A stretch of 63,693 bases of DNA, taken from assembly GCA_044450345.1 (NCBI GenBank), contig JBIOIY010000009.1, forward strand, positions 1 through 63,693. Direction: 5' to 3'. The DNA is from Thermodesulfovibrionales bacterium (GTDB lineage Bacteria > Nitrospirota > Thermodesulfovibrionia > Thermodesulfovibrionales > UBA6898). The notes below the pieces were generated by a model, which searched no databases, was not told where the DNA came from, and saw only the letters and a list, made by a program, of their open reading frames with translations. This document shows, piece after piece, positions 1-9,719 of this stretch. Position 1 is the first letter of the stretch, and each line of letters starts with the position of its first letter. The translations under genes were made by a program, and so were the position numbers.

Positions 1-174
1 AGGAAGGAAGCCTGATTTGACATCACGCTCTCTGAAGTGCAGATAACTCACGGTAATAGAGAGTCCATGAGATGCAAGGATGCCTGGTTAAGAATAACGG
101 TTACAACGATCGTCAACACAAATACTGTCTAGTACATCTTATAAAGGGATGCGATCCTATTTGTTAAGTCAACT

Positions 175-1065
175 TTATGAAGGAAAGATTGACACATTTA
201 AGCCTACGCGCTGCCCTACTTCCCAAGCGATCTCCTCAATTGCCTGATAAGAAACTTCAACTGTTTCCCATTTATATTTATTGATTAAATCATTTATATG
301 TCTTATTTCTTTTGCAATTTCTTGTCTGTTGGTATAGGGATCGTTAATGTCAAATTTTAACTTTTTGGCTCTTATATTTCTAACACTTTCAAGTCTGCTT
401 GGTGTTATTATTAATGCCACAATCTTTTTTCTATCAATTTGCAATAATTCTGGGGGGATCGACGTAGCATAATGGATTGGAACATTGGCGGTTTTTACGC
501 CGCAATAGCCTAAATAAAAAGCAGTACTACTTTTGGAAGCGCGAGAAACACCTACAAGGACGATATCAGCGTCTTTATAACCCTTTGGATCTTTCCCATC
601 ATCATGCTCCAGTGTAAATTCTATTGCAGAGAGACTTCTCCTAATGCGTTCCTTTTCAAACTCAAGAAATAAACCGGGGGTTTCAGACGGAGCACTTTTT
701 AATACTTTATGTAATATCTCAAGTGAAGATTCAAGCAGATCGACAGAAAGAACCCCTCTTTTTAGCGTCTCATTTTTCATAACTGCTCTGATATCTGATT
801 TAACCAGCGTAAAGAAAATTGGTGCACCATTCAACTTTGCCAGTTTCACTATTTCCTTTGCTTCTTTAATTGTAATAACTTTTGGCTTGACCTCTATTAA
901 CGGTTTGCTTTTAAATTGTGTCAGCGCGGATTTTACGATTCTTTTTGCTGATTCGCCGGTTCCATCCGAAACTACATAAATAGGGGGCGTATTTTTACCG
1001 TTTTGACTTAACTTTTTCGGGAATATAGTTTCACGTCGTATTGGAAAAGCATTCATATTTTCCAT
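175..1065 (-). CDS. ppsR: PEP synthase / pyruvate,phosphate dikinase regulatory protein (kinase-pyrophosphorylase, DUF299)
   Basis: Motifs VSDGTGESA, AIEFTLEHDDG, ADIVLVGVSRASKS, ANVP; visibly more AT-rich than the core genes. Confidence 0.9.
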   Translation of the reverse strand: MENMNAFPIRRETIFPKKLSQNGKNTPPIYVVSDGTGESAKRIVKSALTQFKSKPLIEVKPKVITIKEAKEIVKLAKLNGAPIFFTLVKSDIRAVMKNETLKRGVLSVDLLESSLEILHKVLKSAPSETPGLFLEFEKERIRRSLSAIEFTLEHDDGKDPKGYKDADIVLVGVSRASKSSTAFYLGYCGVKTANVPIHYATSIPPELLQIDRKKIVALIITPSRLESVRNIRAKKLKFDINDPYTNRQEIAKEIRHINDLINKYKWETVEVSYQAIEEIAWEVGQRVGLNVSIFPS

Positions 1066-1232
1066 CCTTTATTGTAGATAACAAGTTATTGAGCAGTTTC
1101 TGATCAAGACCCCAATAACGTGCTTAAACAGTCCTACCTTGCGGATTGTTGCAGCTTCGCCGGTACTGGGCCAATCAGGAAAATGGGATGAGTTACTAAT
1201 ATCTAATATCCCGAGCGGTTAAATCCTGCTCC

Positions 1233-1349
1233 CTATTTCACGGCTCTTTTTGGTTGTTTGTCCTTCTTCTCTTTTAGATCTTTTGTCTGTTGGGTTATCT
1301 TCTGCTTCCGGTCCTTGTCTTTGTCCTTTTTGCCGCCTTTGTCTCCCAT
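1233..1349 (-). CDS. Small Lys-rich hypothetical protein, 38 aa (MGDKGGKKDKDKDRKQKITQQTKDLKEKKDKQPKRAVK)
   Basis: Hand-translated, below the ORF-track cutoff; strong AAGGAGG Shine-Dalgarno 6 nt before the ATG. Confidence 0.7.
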   Translation of the reverse strand: MGDKGGKKDKDKDRKQKITQQTKDLKEKKDKQPKRAVK

Positions 1350-1418
1350 TGTGCGCCTCCTTTGCTGTTGTCAGTCATATTCCCGCCGTGAGGGGCGAGT
1401 TTTTGAATCGATACCCGC

Positions 1419-1435
1419 TGCTTGCATTGTGCCAA
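1419..1435 (-). promoter_or_regulatory. Putative sigma-54 (-24/-12) promoter for the small Lys-rich ORF
   Basis: Minus strand TTGGCAC-AATGC-AAGCA: correct GG-N10-GC spacing, imperfect TT at -14/-15. Confidence 0.4.
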
Positions 1436-1726
1436 TTTTTACAAAGAGTTCAGCTATTATATCGTCTGCTTTGCCTGCTATTTATCTTATCGATTTCCGT
1501 TCGGAATATGCATATTATAACAACTTTCGCAAGATGCGGACTAGGAGGAAGGACGTCTCATTGTCCATCTGCCTCTTTGAAGTGCAGATAATGAACGGTA
1601 ATCGAGAGTGCATGAGGGGTAAAACGGAATCCCCGGTTATTAAACGTGCTTTGCAAAACTGTCAACAAAAATGCTGTCTGCTACGTAACGCTTCAGTTAC
1701 GGGTAGATAATCCCCCTTTTGGGATA

Positions 1727-1860
1727 ATAACTCCCCTTTAACCCGTGCCTACCGGACAGGCAGGCCCTCTTATCTTTTCTCCTCGGCGAATCCGCCTGAG
1801 TGCGGAACGAGGGGGAGAGGCGCCATGCCTGCCGGCAGGCATGGAGGCCGGGGGCGTTAC
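1727..1860. repeat. Composite nested palindromic intergenic repeat
   Basis: Contains GCCTACCGGACAGGC, TCTCCTCGGCGA, ATCCGCCTGAGTGCGGA and the perfect palindrome CCATGCCTGCCGGCAGGCATGG (1823-1844); submotifs recur at 46812-46844 and 54702-54721. Confidence 0.7.
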
Positions 1861-1871
1861 TGCCCCCTGGC

Positions 1872-2837
1872 TTACTTTAATTTCGCCCCGCTCACCTCGA
1901 CTATCTCTTTTTCGATCTCGCCGGGCATGCGCATATTTTTCATGAAGGCCCAATTGCCCGCATCTTCAAAATATAGCTTCATCCTGTACATCTCATCGAG
2001 AGTGACGACCCTTACCATGCCGTTTTCCCTCAGAACAACAACCTCGACGGGAAATGCGGGCGAGTGGTCGATCCCCGGGCAAGAATTATTTTTCGTTTCC
2101 CTCTTTTCGCCCGCAATCTGAAAGGCGCGTGCCTCTGTCTTTTGCTTGTCGATTCCATACACAATTGCGCCGCCCCCGGGCTCAAGGGAATAGACAAGCC
2201 TCCAGCCTTTATTGTTAGAAGCTATTCCGTCCCTGACCTTCGCGGCGATATCATTGAAATTCTGGCCGGCATCTTCTTTCTTGTATATCTCGGCAATCTT
2301 GCCGATAAAAGCGCCGCCTCCCATCCCCCCGACATAGCCCTTGCTTCTTATCTCCCCTGTCTGCCGGTTGACTATGACGCCTTTTCCGACAGAAGCCAGA
2401 AGGACAGACAATTCCTTCATCTTGGAGAGGGAAAGGTCTTTCTCCGCTGAATCTCCGAGAACCGTCCTGTTCAGTTGCGCAGGATTGAGGAAGGATATGT
2501 TCGTTCCTTTCTCGTCTGTATATATGCCTACCCTCAGGGGGAGGGCAAAGGCGGCGTTTGGACCGTGAGACATGATTTTCCGCGCGTAGTCGGGAGAATT
2601 GATGACGAGGGTATGCGCCCTGAAGCCGCATCCTTCAGGCACGGCCGCCTCATAGGAAGCAAGCACCTGCCATCCGTTTTTGGTGAGGACATTTTCCGTA
2701 TTTTTTACGACCTCTTCGAATGTTCCGGTCACTTTCTCCGATACCTTCACATAGACGCCGTATTCTTCAGCTTTGACTCCTGCAGACAGGGTCAGCGAAA
2801 GAAACAGAATGAAGAGACAAAAAAACTTTTTCATCAT
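1872..2837 (-). CDS. Exported hypothetical protein, probably tandem DUF302-like domains
   Basis: Signal peptide MMKKFFCLFILFLSLTLSAGVKA; internal two-fold similarity (GWQVLASY / GWRLVYSL; FALPLRVGIY / AFPVEVVVL); AAGGAGG RBS. Confidence 0.6.
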   Translation of the reverse strand: MMKKFFCLFILFLSLTLSAGVKAEEYGVYVKVSEKVTGTFEEVVKNTENVLTKNGWQVLASYEAAVPEGCGFRAHTLVINSPDYARKIMSHGPNAAFALPLRVGIYTDEKGTNISFLNPAQLNRTVLGDSAEKDLSLSKMKELSVLLASVGKGVIVNRQTGEIRSKGYVGGMGGGAFIGKIAEIYKKEDAGQNFNDIAAKVRDGIASNNKGWRLVYSLEPGGGAIVYGIDKQKTEARAFQIAGEKRETKNNSCPGIDHSPAFPVEVVVLRENGMVRVVTLDEMYRMKLYFEDAGNWAFMKNMRMPGEIEKEIVEVSGAKLK

Positions 2838-3014
2838 CGCCTCCTTAGTTGCTTTGTTTCGATATTTAACCTGTGGTTAACTTTAAAACTATTTCTCAAT
2901 GCAGTCAACAAAAAAAAGCAGGGAGGCGAGCTTATATTATTTCTTGAGAAAACGGGAACTTTCCTGCATAGTATAGGGTAGGTTTTTTGCGTCGCAGAGG
3001 AAGACTTGACCGGA

Positions 3015-4397
3015 ATGAATGAAGGGATTGAGAATAAGCAGCACTTGGCCAGGCTTGGTCTGCGACTGTTCAATACGCTGACCAACTTGAATTTTTGGCA
3101 TTTCCTCTGGATTTCCATCGTCTTGTCCGAAGTACTGACCGCACTGATGGGGCTTCTCCTGAAAGGCTCTGTCACCTATGACTATCTTGTTACGGGCGGT
3201 GTTGTTTCCTTGATCGTTGCCGGCATCGTCATCTTTTTTCTCAAGGTCACGATGCAGGTAAGAGTGGACAATAAAGTTCTCCGCGCAGAGGTCGAAAAAC
3301 AAAGAGAGACAACGGAAGACCTTTCGCATGCGTTGAATTTCCAGTCGCTCCTCATGGAAACAATCCCCGATCTGCTGTACGTTCTCAATCCTGCCGGGAC
3401 GCTGATCAAATGGAACAAGATCGCAGAGGAGACCACAGGTTATAGTCACGACGATTTGGCTGGAAAAGACGCGTTGACTTTTGTTGCGGAAGAAGACAGG
3501 GACGAAGCCGTGGCCGGACTTGAAGAAGCCTACGCAAAAGGGAGGGCCACGCGTGAGCTGCGGCTGCTCGCAAAAGACGGGAAGAAGGTCGTCCATTTCT
3601 TCAGCGGCGCGTCGATAAGGGACACCACGGGAAGGTTCGTGGGGTTCATCGGCATCGCCAGAGATATATCGAAACTGAAGAAAATGGAAGAGGAGATGCA
3701 CAGGGCGCAGAAACTCGAATCAGCAGGTATACTCGCAGGCAGCATCGCCCATGACTTCAATTTCCTTCTGTCCTCAGTTTTGGAAAACATCCATATCGCG
3801 GTAATTAATGTTGACCAAAGGGACTTACTGCGAGAAACTCTCCAGAAGGCGCAAAAGGCGTCCGTCCTGGCAAAGGACCTGACCGGACAATTGCTCGCCT
3901 TTTCCAGTGGAGTATTCCCGGTGAAGAGATTAACGGCGCTTGGAGACATCATCAGGGAATATGCCGACATCGCGACAATCGATTCCAATGTCGGATGCAA
4001 CTTCACTATCGCGGCCGACCTTTGGAGCGCAGAAGTCGATGAGGGACAGATAGGGCAGGTGATCAACACTATTGTCCTTAATTCCATCGAGGCAATGCCA
4101 CAGGGAGGGACCATCGGGATAACTGCGGACAATATCGAGATCTCGGCCGGCGATCTGCCGCCATTGCTCGAAGGCAGGTATGTCAGGTTATCTATTTCCG
4201 ACAACGGGGCCGGTGTACCGAATGAGCTCCTCCAGAAGATATTCGATCCCTATTTTACCACCAAGCAGCCTGGGAGAGGTCTGGGTCTGACGATTGCATA
4301 CGCTATCATAAGGAACCATGACGGACACATCCGGGTTGAATCAGAGCCGGAAAAGGGGACTGTTTTTCATATCTATCTCCCCGCCCCCTCCTCTTAG
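3015..4397 (+). CDS. Membrane PAS-domain sensor histidine kinase
   Basis: Two TM helices, PAS/PAC, H-box AGSIAHDFN, HATPase motifs NSIEAM, DNGAG, FDPYFTTK, GLGL. Confidence 0.9.
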   Translation: MNEGIENKQHLARLGLRLFNTLTNLNFWHFLWISIVLSEVLTALMGLLLKGSVTYDYLVTGGVVSLIVAGIVIFFLKVTMQVRVDNKVLRAEVEKQRETTEDLSHALNFQSLLMETIPDLLYVLNPAGTLIKWNKIAEETTGYSHDDLAGKDALTFVAEEDRDEAVAGLEEAYAKGRATRELRLLAKDGKKVVHFFSGASIRDTTGRFVGFIGIARDISKLKKMEEEMHRAQKLESAGILAGSIAHDFNFLLSSVLENIHIAVINVDQRDLLRETLQKAQKASVLAKDLTGQLLAFSSGVFPVKRLTALGDIIREYADIATIDSNVGCNFTIAADLWSAEVDEGQIGQVINTIVLNSIEAMPQGGTIGITADNIEISAGDLPPLLEGRYVRLSISDNGAGVPNELLQKIFDPYFTTKQPGRGLGLTIAYAIIRNHDGHIRVESEPEKGTVFHIYLPAPSS

Positions 4398-4582
4398 GAA
4401 CAAATTTTTTAAATATAATAGGCAGAGGGGTTAATCGCACGAGAAAATCATGTCTTCCCGGGCCTAAGCCGGAAAAAAAGGACAAGCAGATCGTTTTTCT
4501 ATTTTTGAGACGTATAAGTTAAGATAAAGCCTGAAACGTTCTTGATGTGTCTGATGCGACAATAGGTAAAGAAGGAGAGGTC

Positions 4583-5215
4583 TTGATTAAGGAACTCCAT
4601 AAACACCAGTTGATGGTTGCGGTCCGGACGGAAACTCCTGAACAGGCCTATATGGCGGCCATGGCGTGCATAGAAGGGGGGATAAAATTCATCGAGATCA
4701 CCTTTTCAGTCCCTGATGCAGCGGAAGTCATCGGAAAACTCAGCGCTGATCCCAGGGCCGAGGTGGGCGCAGGGACTGTCCTCAATGCGGGGGATGTAAA
4801 AAAGGCCCTGCGCGCCGGCGCGAGGTACATAGTCAGCCCGACCTTTGACGAGGAGGTAGTTGCGCTCACCAAAAGGGAGGGGGCGGTATCAGTCCCCGGG
4901 GCGTGTACGCCAACAGAGATCTATCGCGCCTATAAGGCGGGCGGCGATGTGATAAAACTCTTTCCCTTTGCAGAAATCGGAGGCCTTGATTTCCTGAGGG
5001 TGATCAGGGGGCCTTTTCCATATATTAACTACATGCTCTGCGGGGGGGTCAAACTGGACAATATCTCCGGATACCTTGCGGCGCGGGCGGCCGGCATTCT
5101 GGTCGGTTCGGCCATAATCAGACGCGACCTCATCGCGGCATCCGACTGGCCTTCAATCACCGAAATTGCAGCAAAGTTCGTTCGGAAAGTGGAAGATTTT
5201 CACGGCAAGAGATGA
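4583..5215 (+). CDS. eda: KDPG/KHG aldolase family protein
   Basis: EITF, GAGTV, YIVSP, PGACTPTE, KLFP motifs; start chosen at the TTG after GGAGAGG. Confidence 0.85.
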   Translation: MIKELHKHQLMVAVRTETPEQAYMAAMACIEGGIKFIEITFSVPDAAEVIGKLSADPRAEVGAGTVLNAGDVKKALRAGARYIVSPTFDEEVVALTKREGAVSVPGACTPTEIYRAYKAGGDVIKLFPFAEIGGLDFLRVIRGPFPYINYMLCGGVKLDNISGYLAARAAGILVGSAIIRRDLIAASDWPSITEIAAKFVRKVEDFHGKR

Positions 5216-5323
5216 ACGCGGCCTTCACGGAAATGGCATAAATCGTGTATAATTGCATGACTGTTCTTATTTTTGAATAAGGTATCACAGGGGCATGAAT
5301 GACCCTTTCAGGAGGTAACGTAA

Positions 5324-6274
5324 ATGTTTCGACCGCAGATTAAGGTTCTTGATTGTACTGTCCGCGACGGCGGCCTTATCAATAACTGGCAGTTCAGCGA
5401 TGATTTTGTGAGAAAGGTTTTTCTCGCCCTGTCGCACGCCGGGGTAGATTATATGGAAATAGGATACAAATCTTCCGAGCAGTATTTTTCCAGGAAGGAT
5501 TGCGGTGCCTGGAAATTTTGCACTGAAGAAGATCTCAAGAAGATCATCGGCGAGATTGATATCAGGATGAAGCTGTCCGCCATGGCCGACATAGGCCGCA
5601 TAGAGCAAAAGGATATTCCCTTGAAGAAAGACAGCCTTTTGGATATGATCAGGGTCGCCTGTTATGTAAAAGAAGTCGATAAGGGCATACGCCTTGCGGA
5701 GCAGTGCATGGACAAGGGCTACGAGACGACCATAAATCTTATGGCGGTTTCAAAGGTCCTTGAAAGGGACCTGGATGAGGCCCTCAATGACCTTTCCAAG
5801 AGCCGGGTGGAGACTGTTTATATTGTGGACAGTTTCGGCGCCATGTATTCCGAGCAGATCCATTTCCTCGCAAAGAAGTACCGCGAGGCGCTGACCGGCA
5901 AGGAACTCGGTATCCATACGCATAACAATCAGCAGCTGGCATTCGCCAATACAATAGAGGCGATTATCGCCGGAGCGAACCGTATTGATGCTACCCTCTA
6001 CGGCATGGGCAGGGGTGCGGGCAATTGTCCGCTCGAGCTTCTCCTTTCATTCCTGAAGAACCCCAAGTTCGATATAAGGCCGATATTTGAGGTCATACAG
6101 GAATTATTCATACCGCTGAAGGCGGAGGTCGAATGGGGCTACCACATACCCTATATGATCACGGGAATACTCAACGAGCACCCCAGAAGCGGAATGAAGG
6201 CGATGGCGGAGAAAGATCTACCTGATCTCAGGAAGTTTTACGAGGACCTGCTGGACGATACGCCGCTGGAATGA
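5324..6274 (+). CDS. DRE-TIM/HMGL-like aldolase (4-hydroxy-2-oxovalerate aldolase-like)
   Basis: LDCTVRDGG, YIVDSFG, GIHTHNN, GMGRGAGN motifs. Confidence 0.85.
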   Translation: MFRPQIKVLDCTVRDGGLINNWQFSDDFVRKVFLALSHAGVDYMEIGYKSSEQYFSRKDCGAWKFCTEEDLKKIIGEIDIRMKLSAMADIGRIEQKDIPLKKDSLLDMIRVACYVKEVDKGIRLAEQCMDKGYETTINLMAVSKVLERDLDEALNDLSKSRVETVYIVDSFGAMYSEQIHFLAKKYREALTGKELGIHTHNNQQLAFANTIEAIIAGANRIDATLYGMGRGAGNCPLELLLSFLKNPKFDIRPIFEVIQELFIPLKAEVEWGYHIPYMITGILNEHPRSGMKAMAEKDLPDLRKFYEDLLDDTPLE

Positions 6275-6544
6275 AACTCCGGGTGATGACCCGATTGGGG
6301 TCGTCTCTGTGTGATCTAAATGCGTATATGATTTTCCGGGCCATGTTCGGTTTATCGTATCTCTTTCAGCCGTCCTAAGCGTTTCGCGTCTTCAATGATC
6401 CCGGTCATTTTTTTGTATAGCCGAAAAAAGTTTCTTAATTGTGTTTTTTCAAATCAATTAATATCCGATCTCTCTTATGAAGAGCGAAAAATTCCCGCGG
6501 AGGTAAGGGGATAGGTATACTATCTATTGAGGAGTCATTTAGTC

Positions 6545-6856
6545 ATGAAAATTAAGGTACGCAACCAGGGCCCTATAGAAGCGCTTGATGCCGAACTGGA
6601 TGAGTTCCTGAGAGCTGAATTAAGCCTCAGGGAACAACTCAGGGAAATCAACAGATTGGGGAAAAAGTATTCTGTTCGCTTAATGAAGCCCCTGATCGAA
6701 GAGAAAGGAAAAAGGGAAGTCGTCACCGACATCAAATATGAGCGGCTGGCCGAATTTTTCGATGAGGATGAACTTGCCAAAAAGTATGGGAGTGTAGAGA
6801 AAGGCATAAGCCAACTTCAGAAAAAAGGATACAAAGTCTTTTCCAGGGAGGAATGA
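6545..6856 (+). CDS. Hypothetical protein
   Basis: GAGGAG RBS, coding-like composition, no recognised motif. Confidence 0.6.
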   Translation: MKIKVRNQGPIEALDAELDEFLRAELSLREQLREINRLGKKYSVRLMKPLIEEKGKREVVTDIKYERLAEFFDEDELAKKYGSVEKGISQLQKKGYKVFSREE

Positions 6857-6887
6857 CCTTGGAGGCGTGAAGAGTCGGCCTAAAAAG

Positions 6888-6924
6888 GTGAATAGGACCG
6901 GCGGATTCCGCCGGTCCTATTCAC
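6888..6924. terminator. 17-bp perfect hairpin between convergent genes
   Basis: GTGAATAGGACCGGCGG-ATT-CCGCCGGTCCTATTCAC. Confidence 0.7.
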
Positions 6925-6933
6925 GCTCAAGAC

Positions 6934-8187
6934 CTAATGAGATTCCTTCAGTTCGAAAACAGGGAAGATCTTGGCAATTATCCAGAACAATAGAAAAGGC
7001 ATAACGAAGATCGAGAGGGCGCCGAAGACCCCCTCCTTGAAGGTCTCCCAATCACGGGGGACAATCGGCATCTTGTAATGCATGTACCCCGCAAAAGAGA
7101 GCGAGAAAGCCTGGCCGCCGATCACTACGTTCCACCTCATCATGAACACGCCGAAGAGCACCAGTAACACCCCGAGGACCGCCCTCCTTATCGTCAGACC
7201 TGGGATCAGGAAAAGGATCATCGGGACGAGGTTGCCGATGCCGTACTGGAGAATGAATATATCCGTGAAGTCCTTCCCATAGATGACACTCCTCAGGACG
7301 TCCCAGGATTTTACCGCGGTATACCCTCTGAAGATGAGGTCGAGGAGTTCGAGGCTTATGGCGAAGACAAAGAAAAACAGGAGATATCGCGCAGTCATGC
7401 GTATCACGCTTACCTCGACCCCCTTTATTTCTTCCGTTGACTGGGAGAGCTGATATGGTGTTTTCTTCCGCGACGCAAGGAACTTTCTTATCTCCATTGT
7501 CACGATGTAGGTGAGCATGCAGAGCGCTATGCCCGACACGATGGCCGACATTATGAAAATGACCGGCATAAGCGGCGTCATCCAGAGTGCGTTTGCCTTG
7601 ACCGAGCCGAAGATGAAACCGGCATATCCGTGGAGGAAACATGCGACCGGGATGCCGACCCCGGCGAGCACTTTGATCGCCTTCTCATCCTTCTTCAATG
7701 CCCCCTCACTGATGTCGTAAACCCCGAGGGTGAGGGTGCAGAAAAGGATAAATTTCAGCCACTCGGAGAGTGTCTTATCCTGCTTTTCTTTTAGCGGAAG
7801 GGCGACCTCGACAAAGTGTTTTCTATAAAGGAACCAAAGTTCAGAAGCAACGATCGCCCCGTAAGTGAAGAATACGATTCCGAAGGCGGCGATGGCCGAG
7901 GTAAAGTGGGGTGTCATGAAGATATTTATTCCCCTGAACGGATGCTGCAGATGAAGGACGATCGGCATCGGCGCTGCAAAGAGGAGGGCAAATGAGAAAA
8001 CGAGCGCAAAACGCGCCATCTCCTTCAACTGCTTTATTCCGAATACGTGATAGAGGGACGAAAGCACGAATGCTCCTGCGACCAGTCCTGTCATGAAAGG
8101 GTACATTACTATCTGTATGCTCCAGTAGATATACTCGTTTGGGTAAACAAAAAGTTCCTTCAGCGTCCAGATTTCTCCGTGGACCAT
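6934..8187 (-). CDS. NrfD/PsrC-family quinol-interacting membrane subunit (CbcU-like)
   Basis: YPFMTGLVAGA, LHLQHPFRG, HGYAGFIFG, RWNVVIGGQ; multiple TM helices. Confidence 0.9.
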   Translation of the reverse strand: MVHGEIWTLKELFVYPNEYIYWSIQIVMYPFMTGLVAGAFVLSSLYHVFGIKQLKEMARFALVFSFALLFAAPMPIVLHLQHPFRGINIFMTPHFTSAIAAFGIVFFTYGAIVASELWFLYRKHFVEVALPLKEKQDKTLSEWLKFILFCTLTLGVYDISEGALKKDEKAIKVLAGVGIPVACFLHGYAGFIFGSVKANALWMTPLMPVIFIMSAIVSGIALCMLTYIVTMEIRKFLASRKKTPYQLSQSTEEIKGVEVSVIRMTARYLLFFFVFAISLELLDLIFRGYTAVKSWDVLRSVIYGKDFTDIFILQYGIGNLVPMILFLIPGLTIRRAVLGVLLVLFGVFMMRWNVVIGGQAFSLSFAGYMHYKMPIVPRDWETFKEGVFGALSIFVMPFLLFWIIAKIFPVFELKESH

Positions 8188-8188
8188 G

Positions 8189-8971
8189 TTATTTTACCTC
8201 CCTGTCGAGACCTATGTAGTAAACCTGCGGCTTGGTCCCGTACTCTTCTTTCAGTATGCCGACCCTCTCCTTCATGATAACTTTCGCCACGGGATCGTTG
8301 GGGTCTTTGATGTTCCCTATCTGTCTTGCCCCGAAGGGGCACGCCTGCACGCATGCGGTCTTCAGTCCTTTCGTGATCCTGTGGTAGCAGAAATTGCACT
8401 TTTCGGCGGTCTGGTATACGGGATGGAAGAAGCGCACGCCGTAGGGACACCCCATGATGCAATATCCGCAGCCGATGCACCATGTCCGGTCGACGAGGAC
8501 GATGCCGTCATCGGTTTGGTATGTCGCCCCCACGGGGCAGACCTGGACGCAGGGAGGGTTCTCGCACTGATTGCATAGTTTCGGCACGAAGAATGCCTTG
8601 TCGACGTCGTCCTTCTTTATATCCTGATATTTTCCTTGGCCGAGGTCGATCTTCGATGTGGTGAAACCGTCCCTGGCCCCCTTTGGGGTATCGGCGAAGG
8701 TCTCTCCCTCCTTGGTGATGACATACCGCTCAACCCACGTCCTCGTTACATTAGCATCATAAGGTATTTCGTTTTCGAGCTTGCAGGCCTTGACGCACAT
8801 GCCGCAGCCGACGCATTTATAGGTGTCGACCAGAAAGACCCATCTCGTCTTTGCCTTGTCGCCCGTTGAAGCGAAAATCTCCTTCGGGGTGATTATCCTG
8901 AAGGCGGCGAGCGGAAGCGACAGTCCGCCTATCACCTTTGCCGTATTCGTAAGGAAGTCTCTTCTGTTCAT
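8189..8971 (-). CDS. Tat-exported 4x[4Fe-4S] protein, NrfC/DmsB type (CbcT-like)
   Basis: MNRRDFL Tat motif; CVGCGMCVKAC, CNQCENPPCVQVCP, CIGCGYCIMGCP, KCNFC..CVQACP; ATGA overlap with the upstream gene. Confidence 0.92.
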   Translation of the reverse strand: MNRRDFLTNTAKVIGGLSLPLAAFRIITPKEIFASTGDKAKTRWVFLVDTYKCVGCGMCVKACKLENEIPYDANVTRTWVERYVITKEGETFADTPKGARDGFTTSKIDLGQGKYQDIKKDDVDKAFFVPKLCNQCENPPCVQVCPVGATYQTDDGIVLVDRTWCIGCGYCIMGCPYGVRFFHPVYQTAEKCNFCYHRITKGLKTACVQACPFGARQIGNIKDPNDPVAKVIMKERVGILKEEYGTKPQVYYIGLDREVK

Positions 8972-9441
8972 TTCAGTCCCTCCAGAGAAGGTTTGTGCGG
9001 GTTGTGGCACATTACGCATTCGACGTCCGGGTTATGAGTCTCGGGGTCGATGCCCCTTATCTGAGACCTTCCGCTTGACGGGTAGGGCAGGGCACTGTGA
9101 CAACGGAGGCAGAGCCCCCTGCTCTTATCGATCGCAAGTTTCGGCGGGTCCGACGGATGGTCGGTCGCGGGACCGTGACAGTCTTCACAGGGGATGATCG
9201 CATGGGGCGTCGTCATGATGCTTTCATACTTGTCCGAATGGCAATCTTTGCAGTATTCCGTGCCCTGATACTTGACCTTGAAATCTTTCCAGAACTTGAT
9301 ATTGTTTTCCCTGTACCATCCGTACATGTAGCCTCTTCTATGCACTCCGAAATCCTTCGGCACGTAAAAAAAACGGACGATCAGGATGATGCATACAAGA
9401 CCTATAACTACCCATAGAGGCCGATAAATGTGACTTTTCAT
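8968..9441 (-). CDS. Membrane-anchored tetraheme cytochrome c (CbcS-like)
   Basis: N-terminal TM helix; CKDCH, CEDCH, CLRCH, CVMCH. Confidence 0.9.
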   Translation of the reverse strand: MKSHIYRPLWVVIGLVCIILIVRFFYVPKDFGVHRRGYMYGWYRENNIKFWKDFKVKYQGTEYCKDCHSDKYESIMTTPHAIIPCEDCHGPATDHPSDPPKLAIDKSRGLCLRCHSALPYPSSGRSQIRGIDPETHNPDVECVMCHNPHKPSLEGLK

Positions 9442-9719
9442 TCAGTAGTACCTCATCTCTTGCCGCTTTAATTTTTTATACCATAGTAGCACGTATCCGG
9501 CATGTCGACAAATGTGAAGCAATAGAGGAAAACGATTTCGCCCGGATCGCATTCACGATGAGACGACTGAGGAGAAACCCGCAATCTGCCCCTCTCACCA
9601 TTTCATCTTTCGCAGTGAGGACACTCCGCACTTTTTTCAGATTCAGCCAGCGGCGACAGCGTCCCCGGCTGAGAGTCTTGTCTCGCCGGAATATCGTTTC
9701 AGAGGGAAACAAACCGGAT

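Noticed and set aside
1250..1710. Cys-rich plus-strand ORFs that look like a possible RiPP or metallothionein
   Set aside because: Cys/Leu/Ser richness is the mirror of the Lys/Asp-rich minus-strand ORF, which has the strong SD
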